Shown: positions 10,256 through 21,139 of the stretch, piece by piece | How positions within the stretch are numbered: position 1 is the stretch's first letter | Layout: every line of letters starts with the position of its first letter | Assembly: GCA_047639475.1 (NCBI GenBank) | Contig: JBLIOD010000007.1 | Coordinates: forward strand, 18,308 to 82,307 | From: Gammaproteobacteria bacterium | GTDB lineage: Bacteria > Pseudomonadota > Gammaproteobacteria > Arenicellales > Poriferihabitantaceae | DNA length: 64,000 bases | Direction: 5' to 3' | Program-made: the position numbers and the translations under genes | The notes under the pieces: generated by a model | The model's database searches: none | What the model was told of the DNA's origin: nothing | Seen by the model: the letters and a program-made list of their open reading frames with translations, nothing else

Positions 10256-11536
10256 TCAGGCTTGAAAAACCACTTTGCCATTTATAAGCGTTTGCTGAAC
10301 CTTGCCCCGCATCTGTTTACCGTTAAAAGGGGTGTTTTTGCCTCGACTAAGGAGGCTATCACTGCTAACTTCCCAAGTTTCATTAGCGTTAAAAATACAC
10401 AAATCAGCTGCGGCTCCAATGCTTAGATGCCCAGCGTCAATGCCAATTTGTTCAGCTGGATTAGAAGTGACCAATGCGATGGCATGGTCTAGTTTGCACA
10501 CTTTTTCTTCAGCCAATTGCAACACCAATGGTAGCAGTGTTTGAAAGCCTACCATGCCGGTAGAGGCTTCGCTAAAGGGAACCAATTTCGTGTCTTTGCC
10601 ACGGGATTGGTGATCAGAGCAAATAACTTTTAGTGTGCCGTCTTTTACGCCCTCCCTGAGCGATTGTTTGTCTTTTAGGCTTCTGAGTGGAGGTTGTACT
10701 TTATAACTTGAATCAAACGCGACCATGTCTTCTTCTGATAAATGTAGGTGGTGCGCCGCCACACTCGCACTGACTGACAAGCCACGCTTTAGTGCATTGC
10801 GGATCATGTTAACTGAGCGCCCTGAGGATATAAGATGAATATGTGCCTCCACATTGGCTGTCTCAACCAGAGCCAAGTCTCGCGCTACCGCTACAGTCTC
10901 GGCAGATTCTGGAATGGCTGGAAGACCTAGTAAGGTGCTGATTTCACCCTCATGAATGCAGCCATTGCCTTGTAGGTAAGCATCAATTGGGGTTAAGAAT
11001 ACTTTGATATCATATGTAGAGGCATACTGCATTGCGCGTCTGGCAACCAAGGTGTCAGTGATAGGTTTTAAGCCATTGCTAACGCCCACGCAGCCAGCTT
11101 CTTTGAGCATGGCCATGTCGGTGAGTACTTCGCCTGATAGCCCTCGTGTCATCGCACCCAAGGGGTGTACGCGTGTTAGGTTAAAATCATTCGCTAGATC
11201 TTGTTCTAACAGGGCCGTCGCTGCTAAGTCGATAACGGGTCTTGTGTCCGGTGGGCAAACTAAGCGAGTTATGCCGCCTGCCAAGGCTGACTGTAGTTCG
11301 GTTTCTAAAGCTTGTGCGGAATCGGCGCCAGGCACTCTAACTCGCGCGCATAAATCAATCAGGCCCGGACAGACAATTTTATTGCTTGCATCTATTTCGT
11401 GCAACGCCTTGAAATTTGCGGGTGCTGTTTTTCCAGTAGCGACGATAATGCCATCGCTGATGTAAATATTTTGCTGCTGATTGATGCCGTTTTTCGGGTC
11501 AATAACCCAGCCATCTTTAATAGTTAGTTGATTCAT
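10256..11536 (-). CDS. pyrC': Dihydroorotase-like protein, probably the non-catalytic PyrC' partner of ATCase
   Basis: 426-aa amidohydrolase-fold ORF immediately downstream of pyrB. The canonical D-x-H-x-H metal motif is replaced by GLIDLCARVRVPG. Confidence 0.8.
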   Translation of the reverse strand: MNQLTIKDGWVIDPKNGINQQQNIYISDGIIVATGKTAPANFKALHEIDASNKIVCPGLIDLCARVRVPGADSAQALETELQSALAGGITRLVCPPDTRPVIDLAATALLEQDLANDFNLTRVHPLGAMTRGLSGEVLTDMAMLKEAGCVGVSNGLKPITDTLVARRAMQYASTYDIKVFLTPIDAYLQGNGCIHEGEISTLLGLPAIPESAETVAVARDLALVETANVEAHIHLISSGRSVNMIRNALKRGLSVSASVAAHHLHLSEEDMVAFDSSYKVQPPLRSLKDKQSLREGVKDGTLKVICSDHQSRGKDTKLVPFSEASTGMVGFQTLLPLVLQLAEEKVCKLDHAIALVTSNPAEQIGIDAGHLSIGAAADLCIFNANETWEVSSDSLLSRGKNTPFNGKQMRGKVQQTLINGKVVFQA

Positions 11537-11541
11537 CGTAA

Positions 11542-12531
11542 TTAGCGGTCTAGAGATTGTTGAGAGCTGGGGTCTAGTAGCATCGCCATGATAGCCATCC
11601 GTACCACAATGCCATTGGTGACCTGCGCCAAGATGACAGATTGTGGCCCGTCGGCAACATCTGACGCAATCTCTAGGCCTCGATTCATCGGTCCGGGGTG
11701 CATGACTATCGCTTTTTCTGCGGCTAATTTAACCCGGCTTTGTGTTAAGCCAAAGCGATCAAAATATTCCTGCTGACTGGGAATTTGTTGTCCATCCATG
11801 CGTTCATGTTGTAGCCGTAGCATCATGATGGCGTCGACGCCTTGAAGGCCTGCATCCATGTCGGAGTAAGCGATAACACCCATTGATTCAATCTTGGTCG
11901 GTATCAGTGTGCGAGGGCCGATGACCCTTATCTCTTTTGCACCCAGTATACGTAATGCGTGTATTTGCGAGCGGGCTACCCGTGAATGTAGGACATCGCC
12001 AACGATTGCGACCGTCAAGCCTTCAATTGAGCCTTTAGCTTGGCGGAGAGTAAACATGTCTAACATGGCCTGAGTGGGGTGAGCATGTCGACCATCTCCC
12101 GCATTGATGACCTTAACGTGTGGTGGCAAGTGTTGAGCGATTAGCTGAGAGGCACCACTGGCACGGTCTCTTACAACAAATAAATCCACGTGCATGGCTT
12201 CAAGTGTGTGGATAGTGTCGAGTATTGTTTCCCCTTTGGTGGTCGACATTCGGCTTGCGTCGAGATTAATTACTTCAGCGCCCAAACGCTTAGCGGCAAT
12301 TTCAAAAGTTGTGCGCGTCCGAGTGCTGGGTTCAAAAAACACATTTATCACCGTTTTGCCGTCTAGCAACTTAGATTTCTTGATTTGATGCGTCTTTGGC
12401 TCGATGAAGGTAGCCGCCAAGTCGAGAATGCGGGTTAGCATACCTCTGTCATGGGCTGAGGTGGTCAGGAAATGTAGCAGTTGCCCTGTTAGGCTCACTT
12501 CTAAATTAGCATTTTCGTTATTTAGATTCAT
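11542..12531 (-). CDS. pyrB: Aspartate carbamoyltransferase catalytic subunit
   Basis: 329 aa with the [13 protein letters not shown] carbamoyl-phosphate motif and HPTQ and HPGP blocks. Confidence 0.92.
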   Translation of the reverse strand: MNLNNENANLEVSLTGQLLHFLTTSAHDRGMLTRILDLAATFIEPKTHQIKKSKLLDGKTVINVFFEPSTRTRTTFEIAAKRLGAEVINLDASRMSTTKGETILDTIHTLEAMHVDLFVVRDRASGASQLIAQHLPPHVKVINAGDGRHAHPTQAMLDMFTLRQAKGSIEGLTVAIVGDVLHSRVARSQIHALRILGAKEIRVIGPRTLIPTKIESMGVIAYSDMDAGLQGVDAIMMLRLQHERMDGQQIPSQQEYFDRFGLTQSRVKLAAEKAIVMHPGPMNRGLEIASDVADGPQSVILAQVTNGIVVRMAIMAMLLDPSSQQSLDR

Positions 12532-12705
12532 GCGCGGTCAGCTCAAGGAGCGGTCTTGGAAGTAGATTGAGTTAGGGGGAGCGATCGCTTAGATAAGCAG
12601 CGTGCACAAGAAGAAAGAGGCCAAGCAGGCTTTCAACAGTAAATTGAAATAATTAACGATAATAAAGGGAAACAAGTCAAAAATTCTCTTCATTAATCGC
12701 ATAGT

Positions 12706-13134
12706 CTAATTTTGCTCGAAGTAGGCCTGCATAATCAACTCTGCTGCCAAAGAATCTCGCATTAATATTTTGCTCTTAGAGAGCCGTTTACCTGCTTGTA
12801 GAGTACTTCGTATGGTTCTATCAGCTTCGCTAGAACTATATCGTTCATCGGCATAAGCGACGGAGAGCAGGGTTTTCGTTTCCATCAATGTGCCCAGTTT
12901 CCTGATTTTGATGCTCATCTCAGTTTCTTCACCCTGTTGGTTGAGCGGCTGCCCAAGTATCAGCTTTTTGACTCGCCACTCCTTTATTATTGCATTGAGT
13001 TTGAGCCAGTCCAGTTTACCTTGAAGGTTGGTGATGGGTGGCAATGGTTGGGTGGTCATTGTCAAGGTGTTGCCGACAGCTAAGCCGACACGTTTGGTGC
13101 CGTAATCAATGGCAAGCAGTGTTTCAGTGACCAT
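12706..13134 (-). CDS. ruvX: Putative pre-16S rRNA nuclease / Holliday junction resolvase-like YqgF (RuvX)
   Basis: 142 aa with LAIDYGTKRVGLAV N-terminal RNase H-fold motif. Conserved synteny with yqgE. Confidence 0.85.
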   Translation of the reverse strand: MVTETLLAIDYGTKRVGLAVGNTLTMTTQPLPPITNLQGKLDWLKLNAIIKEWRVKKLILGQPLNQQGEETEMSIKIRKLGTLMETKTLLSVAYADERYSSSEADRTIRSTLQAGKRLSKSKILMRDSLAAELIMQAYFEQN

Positions 13135-13149
13135 TATCGGGAAAATTGA

Positions 13150-13713
13150 TCAAGCATGACCGACACGGTGAGAGATCCTTGATAGGTCAATTCCTGATTG
13201 CTCAACTACTTTTTTGGCAAGCTCTGTTGGAGGGGTATCAAAAATCACCGGATGATCCGCTGGACTATGAAACCAAGCATTTTCTTCAAGTTCCATTTCC
13301 AATTGGCCTGCGGCCCAACCAGCATAACCCAACAAGAAAAGGTAATCTTCGGGCCCTTCACCATTGCTGATGGCTTCTAAGATGTCAGCAGAGCTAGTTA
13401 AAAATAAAAAGTCACTTATGGGTAGCGTTGCTTCCCATTGCCCTTTTATCGAATGCAAAATAAACCCGGCTTCTGGTTGAACGGGGCCGCCGTACAGAAT
13501 GAGCTGCTCTGGTGTTGTTAGTTTATCGATAGGCAATTGCATTTGAAGAAACACTTCTTGCAAGCTTTGGCTAATTGGTTGGTTAATGATCAACGCAATC
13601 GCGCCTTCATCGTTGTGCTGACATACCAAAGAGATAGAGTCAGCAAAACGTGGGTCTTGCATGTTGGGCATCGCAACTAAAAAATGATTTTCTAAGCTGT
13701 TGCTAATCGTCAT
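13150..13713 (-). CDS. yqgE: UPF0301 family protein (YqgE/AlgH)
   Basis: The ATG at 13713 (MTISNSLENHFLVAMPNMQDPRFA...) sits directly after the upstream gene's stop. The longer ORF-track start would overlap that gene. Family-typical HFLVAMP...F..SV block present. Confidence 0.8.
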   Translation of the reverse strand: MTISNSLENHFLVAMPNMQDPRFADSISLVCQHNDEGAIALIINQPISQSLQEVFLQMQLPIDKLTTPEQLILYGGPVQPEAGFILHSIKGQWEATLPISDFLFLTSSADILEAISNGEGPEDYLFLLGYAGWAAGQLEMELEENAWFHSPADHPVIFDTPPTELAKKVVEQSGIDLSRISHRVGHA

Positions 13714-13715
13714 AG

Positions 13716-14495
13716 CTAGTAGGCGGTGCTGGAAACGTTGTTGTGCTTGAACTGCCACGTACGGATAATATGTACGATTACATTATTGTCTGAGGTTTCA
13801 GGTAGTGCTGGATAGGGCGCGGCTGCATTAACGATATCTATCGCAGCCTGATCAATGGTAGGGTTGCCTGAAGACTTTACGATGTCCACGCGCAATAATG
13901 ACCCATTTGAGCGAATTACAGCATCTAAGATGAGGCTGCCGCTTAAGGCGGCCTGGCTAATATTCTTGGGATAGTTTGAGTTGCCGTAGCTTTCTACATG
14001 TTGGCGCCAGCTTTCTTTGTAATCATCAAATTCGCCGTCGTTGCTGTATGAAGTAGTGAAAACCTCTCGGGCCTCAGCGTCCATAATTTGCTGGCCTTGG
14101 CGTAGTTCTTGTACTATTTTAGCTTGTTGTTTCCGTAGTCTTTCTAGTTCTTTTGCTATGTTGTCTAAAGCACTATTTTTTGACTGAACTACTTCTGTAA
14201 CAGCACTAGGGTTTTTTGTAGTTTCAGTAACCTCGACCGTTTCACTGTCTGGTTCAATTGACTCCATCTCGTGGTTAAATGACTGTACCGCTTGGTCATT
14301 TGGAGAGTCACTGTCCACCTGAGTATCTGAGTGCAGTTTTACTTTGATGACAGTGTCGCTCTGCTGGAGTGCCGGTTTACTGATATAGAAACTCAAACCC
14401 AATAACACAATAATGTGCATTAATGTAGAGCCGGAGAGATTCCATTTTATGGATTCACTCAGAGCCTTGGCGATGGGTACAGACTTAATTTTCAA
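13716..14495 (-). CDS. TonB-like energy transducer
   Basis: 259 aa with an N-terminal TM helix carrying an S-x3-H motif (STLMH) and a C-terminal TonB_C-like block (GSLILDAVIRSNGSLLRVDIVKSSGNPTIDQAAIDIV). TTG start. Confidence 0.6.
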   Translation of the reverse strand: MKIKSVPIAKALSESIKWNLSGSTLMHIIVLLGLSFYISKPALQQSDTVIKVKLHSDTQVDSDSPNDQAVQSFNHEMESIEPDSETVEVTETTKNPSAVTEVVQSKNSALDNIAKELERLRKQQAKIVQELRQGQQIMDAEAREVFTTSYSNDGEFDDYKESWRQHVESYGNSNYPKNISQAALSGSLILDAVIRSNGSLLRVDIVKSSGNPTIDQAAIDIVNAAAPYPALPETSDNNVIVHIIRTWQFKHNNVSSTAY

Positions 14496-14633
14496 GTGCG
14501 ATAAATGTGGCGTGGTGAACCATGGCTTGGCATGCTATATTTCGCTTATTATACGACGTGAAGCTCTCATTATGTGCGAAACACGTTCGTTTTTTTGCCT
14601 TATAGTAGGCCCAATATAGCTTCAGTGCTTACG

Positions 14634-15425
14634 ATGTTACCTTTGCTTGAAATCCTAGTCCCTCTCATTAAAGCCGCAGCTGAGGATTGTTTTAAGCAGC
14701 ACTGCGAACTAGAGCGTACGTTTAAGGATGATGGGAGCTTTGTTACTCAAATGGATGAGCAACTGCAAAAGGACATTACCGACAGATTAAAGCAAGCTTA
14801 TCCTCAATATACGCTGTTAGGTGAGGAAATGACACGCGGTGAGCAGCAGGCCTTACTTGATGACTCGGCGTCTGGTTTATGGGTGTTAGACCCTATCGAT
14901 GGAACCACTAATTTCTCAACCGGTTTTCCTGTGTATGGCGTGTCCTTGGCGTTCGTTCAGAGTGGGCAGACACGATTGGCTATCGTTTACGACCCTGTCA
15001 GAGATGAGTGTTTTACCGCAATTAATGGCGAAGGGGCTTGGCTGAATGAAAATAAGCTGACGCGCTCAGAAGTCACAGAGTTGAGTGAATGTATCGCCAA
15101 TGTCGATTACAAAAGGCTGACCGGAGATATGGCCAGCCAGTTGGTTATTTGTCCACCTTATCGGTCGCAACGTAATTTGGGGAGCAGCGTTATTGAGTGG
15201 TGTTGGTTGGCTGCAGGACGATTCCAAGTCTACCTGCACGGTGGTCAGCATTTATGGGATTACGCAGCTGCGCAGCTAATTTTGAGCGAAGCAGGCGGTA
15301 AAGCAAGTGGTATGAACGGCTCAGCTATTCGAGTAGATACTTTGTCGAAACAATCAGTGGTGGCAGCGGGCAATTCTGAGCTTTATGTTAAGTGGTTTAA
15401 GTGGATACAAGGGCAAACTAGTTAA
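14634..15425 (+). CDS. Inositol monophosphatase family protein
   Basis: Motifs LLGEE and WVLDPIDGTTNF plus the C-terminal WDYAAA block. I prefer the ATG at 14634 over the upstream ORF-track start. Confidence 0.8.
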   Translation: MLPLLEILVPLIKAAAEDCFKQHCELERTFKDDGSFVTQMDEQLQKDITDRLKQAYPQYTLLGEEMTRGEQQALLDDSASGLWVLDPIDGTTNFSTGFPVYGVSLAFVQSGQTRLAIVYDPVRDECFTAINGEGAWLNENKLTRSEVTELSECIANVDYKRLTGDMASQLVICPPYRSQRNLGSSVIEWCWLAAGRFQVYLHGGQHLWDYAAAQLILSEAGGKASGMNGSAIRVDTLSKQSVVAAGNSELYVKWFKWIQGQTS

Positions 15426-15440
15426 TCGATAAGTGAGCAC

Positions 15441-16088
15441 TTAGAACTGTGTATCTAAGTTGCGCTTAATAGCCAATCCAATGTCTTTTTGTTTATCGCC
15501 TGCATCATCACCGATGCCTTCTACAATGCCACTTTGGTTGCCGATAGAATGATTTTGATTTAATTTGCTCTTCATCGTATAGGAATGGACCTCGATTTCA
15601 AACCCTATAATGGCTTTACACATTGCATCGATATAATCGTCAGGCGCGTCGCCTACTTTCCATGGAATCGGTTGATCTGATTCGTACTCTTCAGTCAATC
15701 GATTTAAAAAGGCTAACAACCACTTATCATCGTCAATAAGAGTGAGGGTGCCGTGGACATGAGCGACTTGGTAATCCCACGTAGGTACTGCCATACCAGT
15801 TTGTTTTTTGGTGTCGTACCAATTGGGCGTGATATAGCAGTCAGCGCCAAGGAAAACGCATAAACAAGGTTGCGGCTCCTTTAATTTTCTCACCAAGGGA
15901 TTAAGTCGAGCGAAGTGTCCTTGTAGCTTAGAAGGCTTGCCGTCGGCATCCAATAAGAGCTGCACGGGAATGTGATTTGCCTCTAACTCGCCTTCAATCG
16001 AAGTGGTGAGTGTTGTAAAGGCGTTAGTCGCGATAAATTGGTTAATCTCTTTTACGTCGTTAACTTCAAAGTGCTTCGGCAGATACAT
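15441..16088 (-). CDS. FMN-binding negative transcriptional regulator (PaiB family)
   Basis: 215 aa with the MYLPKHFEVND N-terminus and length typical of the PaiB family. Confidence 0.7.
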   Translation of the reverse strand: MYLPKHFEVNDVKEINQFIATNAFTTLTTSIEGELEANHIPVQLLLDADGKPSKLQGHFARLNPLVRKLKEPQPCLCVFLGADCYITPNWYDTKKQTGMAVPTWDYQVAHVHGTLTLIDDDKWLLAFLNRLTEEYESDQPIPWKVGDAPDDYIDAMCKAIIGFEIEVHSYTMKSKLNQNHSIGNQSGIVEGIGDDAGDKQKDIGLAIKRNLDTQF

Positions 16089-16264
16089 AATAGTTATTGG
16101 CTAACAGTTCTTGATTAGACGGTAATGCTAAATTAAACCGTCGTTGTCGCATAGGCTTTACTTCAGTTAAGGAAAATTACGGTTGACGCCCAATTTATAC
16201 TTTTTAAAAAGTCGCTGCATAAGATATAATATAGGCAGGCATAGTTAACCATAAGTATATATTT

Positions 16265-18925
16265 ATGAACAATAGTTTCGGCTCCAGCAAAACCTTATCT
16301 GTGTCAGGCACAGATTATAAAATTCACTCTCTAAAAGTCCTAGAAGGCCAGGCTGATTTAACAAGGCTTCCCTATTCGCTTAAGATCTTGTTAGAGAACT
16401 TATTGCGCCACGAAGATGGTGAAAATATTACTCGCGAAGACATCCTAGTTTTGGCTAATTGGGATGCGGACGCAGAACCTAGTGTTGAGATTGCCTTCAC
16501 GCCTGCACGTGTATTGATGCAAGATTTTACCGGTGTGCCAGCGGTGGTAGACTTAGCGGCGATGCGTGATGCGATGGAAGTGTTGGGCGGTGACCCAAAT
16601 AAGATCAATCCGTTGAGCCCAGCTGATTTAGTCATAGATCACTCGGTGATGGTAGATAGTTTTGGCACGGCAAATGCCTTGTTGCAAAATACTGATAGAG
16701 AGTATGAGCGTAATGCAGAACGTTACGAGTTCCTAAAGTGGGGTCAATCCGCTTTTACCGACTTTAAAGTGGTGCCACCTTCAACGGGTATCGTTCATCA
16801 AGTAAATCTTGAGAACTTGGCACAGGTGGTATTTTCACGCACCGTGGACAACGAACTTTGCGCTTATCCAGACACGGTAGTCGGCACGGACTCACACACG
16901 ACCATGATAAATGGTATCGGTGTATTGGGGTGGGGTGTTGGTGGTATAGAAGCCGAAGCAGCAATGCTAGGCCAGCCTATCACTATGTTGATTCCGCAAG
17001 TCGTCGGTTTCAAGTTAACAGGAGAATTAACCGAAGGCGTTACCGCTACCGACCTGGTACTCACGGTGGTTGAAATGTTGCGTGGCCTTGGCGTTGTAGG
17101 TAAATTTGTAGAGTTTTACGGCGATGGATTGGATCATTTATCATTAGCTGATCAGGCCACTATTGCTAATATGGCTCCGGAGTACGGTGCGACTTGCGGT
17201 ATTTTTCCGATAGATCAAGAAGCTCTAAATTACATGCATCTTTCCGGTCGCAGTGAAGATCAAATTGCGCTGGTTGAAGCTTATGCACGCGAGCAAGGCA
17301 TGTTCCGTGAGACGGGCGATGTTGATCCCAATTTCAGTGATACACTTGAATTAGATATTTCAACTGTCCAGCCCTGTATTGCGGGCCCTAAGCGTCCACA
17401 AGATCGAATTAACTTAACCGATGCAAAAACGGTTATTGCTGCCGCACAAGCTGAGCTAAGCGGGGCTGCAGAAGTTCGTTCTGCTACTGTGGTGATGAAC
17501 GGTGAAGACGTTGAAATGCACGATGGTGATGTGGTGATTGCGGCTATTACTTCTTGTACTAACACCTCAAACCCCAGTGTAGTGATGGCGGCGGGCTTGG
17601 TTGCACAGAAGGCTGTTGAACTTGGTTTGTCAGTTAAGCCATGGGTTAAAACCTCATTGGCTCCAGGTTCACGCGTGGTAACAGAGTATCTAGAGAAAGC
17701 CGGTTTAATGGAGCCTTTGTCTCAATTGGGTTTTGATGTAGTAGGGTACGGTTGTACTACTTGTATCGGTAACTCAGGTCCATTGCCTGCGCCGGTATCA
17801 GAAGCGATTCTGAAGCAAGATCTGGTTGTCAGCTCTGTGTTATCAGGTAACCGTAACTTTGAAGGTCGTGTACATGCCGAAGTGAAGATGAACTTTCTGG
17901 CTTCACCGCCATTAGTCGTTGCTTACGCGCTAGCAGGAACCACCAGCATTGACTTAACCACCGAGCCATTAGGCACGGATAAGAATGGTAACGACGTGTT
18001 TATGAGTGACCTTTGGCCAAGTCAGGCAAGCGTAAATGCCGCGATTAACTCAGCGTTATCTCGTGAAATGTTCATGGAAAAATACGCTGATGTGACCAAA
18101 GGCGATGAGCACTGGCAAGCAGTGCCTACGACTGATGCCAAGCGCTTTGCATGGCAGGGTGACTCAACTTATGTGCAACAGCCTCCGTACTTTGTAGACA
18201 TGAGTAAACAAGCACCCGGCTTTGGTGATATCAAAGGTGCGAGAGTATTGGCACGATTGGGTGATTCAATCACCACTGATCATATCTCGCCAGCAGGCGC
18301 GATTAAGGCGGATTCTCCAGCGGGCGCTTTTTTATCTGAAGCGGGCGTTGATCGCAGAGAATTTAACTCATATGGTTCTCGTCGTGGTAACCATGAAATT
18401 ATGATGCGTGGCACATTTGCCAATATTCGATTACGTAATGAATTAGCACCGGGTACAGAAGGGGGATGGACATCTCACCAACCTAGCGGTGAAGTGATGC
18501 CTATTTTTCATGCGGCAGAGCAATATCGCGAAGAAGGCACGCCATTGATGATCATTGGCGGTAAAGAATATGGCACTGGCTCTTCTCGAGATTGGGCAGC
18601 AAAAGGCGTTAACTTGCTGGGCGTTAAAGCAGTTATTGTTGAAAGCTTTGAACGAATTCACCGCTCAAACTTAGTGGGTATGGGCGTTCTCCCATTGCAA
18701 TTCAAAGAGGGCGACTCGCGTGAGACGCTAGGTTTAACCGGCACAGAGACTTACGATATTCAGGGCGTGAATATGGGCGCTAAAGAAGTCACTATCACGG
18801 TAACGGCTGAAGATGGGTCGGCTAGTTCATTCGTAGCGCAAGTTCGTATAGATACACCTAAAGAATGGGAGTACTACGAACACGGTGGTATTCTGCACTA
18901 CGTGTTGAGGCAATTGGCTGCCTGA
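16265..18925 (+). CDS. acnA: Aconitate hydratase A
   Basis: 886 aa with aconitase Fe-S ligand blocks ([29 protein letters not shown]) and a swivel-domain C-terminus. Confidence 0.95.
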   Translation: MNNSFGSSKTLSVSGTDYKIHSLKVLEGQADLTRLPYSLKILLENLLRHEDGENITREDILVLANWDADAEPSVEIAFTPARVLMQDFTGVPAVVDLAAMRDAMEVLGGDPNKINPLSPADLVIDHSVMVDSFGTANALLQNTDREYERNAERYEFLKWGQSAFTDFKVVPPSTGIVHQVNLENLAQVVFSRTVDNELCAYPDTVVGTDSHTTMINGIGVLGWGVGGIEAEAAMLGQPITMLIPQVVGFKLTGELTEGVTATDLVLTVVEMLRGLGVVGKFVEFYGDGLDHLSLADQATIANMAPEYGATCGIFPIDQEALNYMHLSGRSEDQIALVEAYAREQGMFRETGDVDPNFSDTLELDISTVQPCIAGPKRPQDRINLTDAKTVIAAAQAELSGAAEVRSATVVMNGEDVEMHDGDVVIAAITSCTNTSNPSVVMAAGLVAQKAVELGLSVKPWVKTSLAPGSRVVTEYLEKAGLMEPLSQLGFDVVGYGCTTCIGNSGPLPAPVSEAILKQDLVVSSVLSGNRNFEGRVHAEVKMNFLASPPLVVAYALAGTTSIDLTTEPLGTDKNGNDVFMSDLWPSQASVNAAINSALSREMFMEKYADVTKGDEHWQAVPTTDAKRFAWQGDSTYVQQPPYFVDMSKQAPGFGDIKGARVLARLGDSITTDHISPAGAIKADSPAGAFLSEAGVDRREFNSYGSRRGNHEIMMRGTFANIRLRNELAPGTEGGWTSHQPSGEVMPIFHAAEQYREEGTPLMIIGGKEYGTGSSRDWAAKGVNLLGVKAVIVESFERIHRSNLVGMGVLPLQFKEGDSRETLGLTGTETYDIQGVNMGAKEVTITVTAEDGSASSFVAQVRIDTPKEWEYYEHGGILHYVLRQLAA

Positions 18926-18947
18926 AAATCAGAACAACCTTAAGTAT

Positions 18948-18985
18948 AAAAAGCCCGTTCCGGTTTATCTAGAGCGGGCTTTTTA
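18948..18985. terminator. Bidirectional rho-independent terminator between acnA and the rhomboid gene
   Basis: AAAAAGCCCG...CGGGCTTTTT hairpin flanked by an A-run and a T-run, between convergent genes. Confidence 0.75.
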
Positions 18986-18999
18986 GTGGGGGAAAGAGA

Positions 19000-19878
19000 T
19001 TAATGAAACGCGAGTAACCAAGCACCAACAAAAATTGAAAAGCTAGCAAAGAACATCACTTTCTGGATAGATTGATCAATTTTATCGGTTTGGTTTCGTG
19101 TGAAGAATATCCACGAAGCCGCGGCAATGCAACCGCAGAAATATCCTGCTAAATGCGCTATCACATCAGTATTTTCTCCTGCTGTTCCCGTGAAAGCCAG
19201 TAATGCTAACGTGGCGATAAACGGCAGCCAACGGCGTATCCCGCGCTGGGCGTAACTATATCTGTCGTTCAGTGCAAATACGCCAAGAATCCCTAGCGCA
19301 GCAAAAACCATAGTAGATGCTCCAATGGATAGATGTAAGCTACTATGTAAATAGGCGTTTAAATAGTTTCCGGCAGCGCCTGATAACAAGATCATTAGCC
19401 AAGCCGCCGAGCTGCCAATATGCTGCGCGACCAATAGGCCAAATAAGGCGCCAAAGCCAAGGTTGCCTGCTAAATGAGCAATATCACCATGTAAGCTCAA
19501 TGCTGTGATGGTGCGCCACCATTCACCATCGAGTATTTTTTCAGAATGGGCGACGCCATGATGATACCAATCAAGTCCTAAGCTTTGTGTCGATTTAAGT
19601 GCGCCGACTATAAGTAAAATCAAGCCGTACATATAGGCGCCGATATAGCCTTTGGAGAAGCGGTGTAATGGGCGTGAGAGTGACTCTTCAGGCGTGTTCT
19701 CGCGAAGGTAGGATTGCAACTGCTGATAGGCTAGCGGAGCGGTGTCTTCTTCTACCAATAAATAGTAGCGATCGTCGTGTTCGACAACTTGGCCAGTCAT
19801 GTTCATCGCTTGCAACACGAAATTATACTCGTGGCAGCGATTGATGGTTTGGGAATGAAATAAAGCGATAAGAGGCAT
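19000..19878 (-). CDS. Rhomboid family intramembrane serine protease
   Basis: 292 aa, polytopic, with GASTMVFAALG (GxSxxxF catalytic Ser) and a downstream HLAGY catalytic His block. Confidence 0.8.
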   Translation of the reverse strand: MPLIALFHSQTINRCHEYNFVLQAMNMTGQVVEHDDRYYLLVEEDTAPLAYQQLQSYLRENTPEESLSRPLHRFSKGYIGAYMYGLILLIVGALKSTQSLGLDWYHHGVAHSEKILDGEWWRTITALSLHGDIAHLAGNLGFGALFGLLVAQHIGSSAAWLMILLSGAAGNYLNAYLHSSLHLSIGASTMVFAALGILGVFALNDRYSYAQRGIRRWLPFIATLALLAFTGTAGENTDVIAHLAGYFCGCIAAASWIFFTRNQTDKIDQSIQKVMFFASFSIFVGAWLLAFH

Positions 19879-20017
19879 AAAACTATGATGCGTCTGGCTT
19901 ACCTTATTTCAAGTAAAAAGTGCGGACAATAACAATGTTGAGTGGCCGACTACTTTTTCCTCGGCATAGTCATCGTAATGTCTTCAATCATATGTTATAA
20001 ATAGATTGAGCTTGAAT

Positions 20018-20996
20018 CTATCCTGCGCAGGAAGGTATCCAGGCGTTAACCGCGTCAGCATTGCTTTCGATAAAGGCCGTTGCTGCGGAAGCGTGATCTA
20101 AACTGTCTACATCCACCAAAGCAGCTGCGGCATCGGTCATCGGGCCAGTGAAGTCAATATTGCTCATTAATTCATTGGCGCAAGGATACTTTTTAGCAAA
20201 CCCAGCCCAAAGGCCCTTTTTGAGATAGCCGCCTACTGTAGCGCCGCAATCATTCTATCATGTTGGGGTTGATTACCCAACTCGGATCAGTAGAACACTT
20301 TCTTTCAGTATCCCGTCTTGGGAATTCGATAAATTTGCCAGGGTAAGCTGCTCCCACCCAGTTTGGTGCCCAGTTAAATAATATGATGGGGTGTTTGCGC
20401 GGAGCTGCAGACTTAAGTTCTCCAAATAAAGCATCTGCGGACCCCGCATTTACAATGGTGACATCAATGTTTAAAGCTTCGATGCGCTTGATATCTACTG
20501 GGTGCCATTCCGCGGGTCCAGCAAGATAACGAGCCTTGGGAAAGGTTTCCGGCGTAGACAAAGCTTCAGCGCAGTCATTAAGGGCTTCCCAAGAGGGTAA
20601 GCTTGTGCAAACTGCTTCCATATAGTTGGGATACCACCATTCTTCTCGACTAGTGGCAGTGGTGACTTCCTCCGTCTATCATGCCGCCAGCACCAACTTC
20701 TTTCATGAAAGCAGCGTTCATGGAACCTTCCCATACTTCCATTTGGATATGTGCCTCTCGGCACTCATGGCGGCAAACTGATCTTGTGTGTTTAGTTTAA
20801 CGAGTTCTGTTTTGTAGCCTGATCTATCCAGGAGTTGTTGTGCTACAGGGGCTAGCACCTTTTGGATGGACCAGTTATTGTCTATAACTATGATTGGGTC
20901 GGCTTATTCTGGGGTGGCGGCCCAAGGCGTTGTGGCGATAGATAAGGCGGTTAGCGTGACTAAACTAGTGAATATTTTAGCTATTGTTTGGTTCAT
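20018..20996 (-). pseudogene. Decayed TmoX-like (glycine betaine family) periplasmic binding protein
   Basis: By manual translation, RBS+ATG at 20996 give a signal peptide MNQTIAKIFTSLVTLTALSIATTPWAATPE, then an in-frame TAA (20904-20906). Homology to the 28942-29880 protein continues in shifting frames (ADPIIVIDNNW..., AHIQMEVWEGSMNAAF..., TATSREEWWYPNYMEAVCTSLPSWEALNDC..IILFNWAPNW..FIEFP, ...AAALVDVDSLDHASAATAFIESNADAVNAWIPSCAG*). This gives at least 1 stop and 3 frameshifts. Confidence 0.8.
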
Positions 20997-21139
20997 GTTT
21001 CTCCTCATGATTTTAATCCGGAATAGTTTATATTGATTTCAACAATATTTTCCAGATCATTATGGTCAAGATTTTGAAAATTTTGGCAGCGGTCTGGTGA
21101 CGCTTATGCAACAGCAGCGACCGAAGAGTCTGGACTAAA

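Noticed and set aside
12532-12705. Possible pyrimidine-responsive attenuator in the pyrB leader (bulged hairpin GAAAGCC...GGCCTCTTTC followed by a pyrimidine-rich run on the minus strand)
   Set aside because: The stem is short and bulged, there is no clear U-tract or leader peptide, and no pyrR is present. This is insufficient to call.
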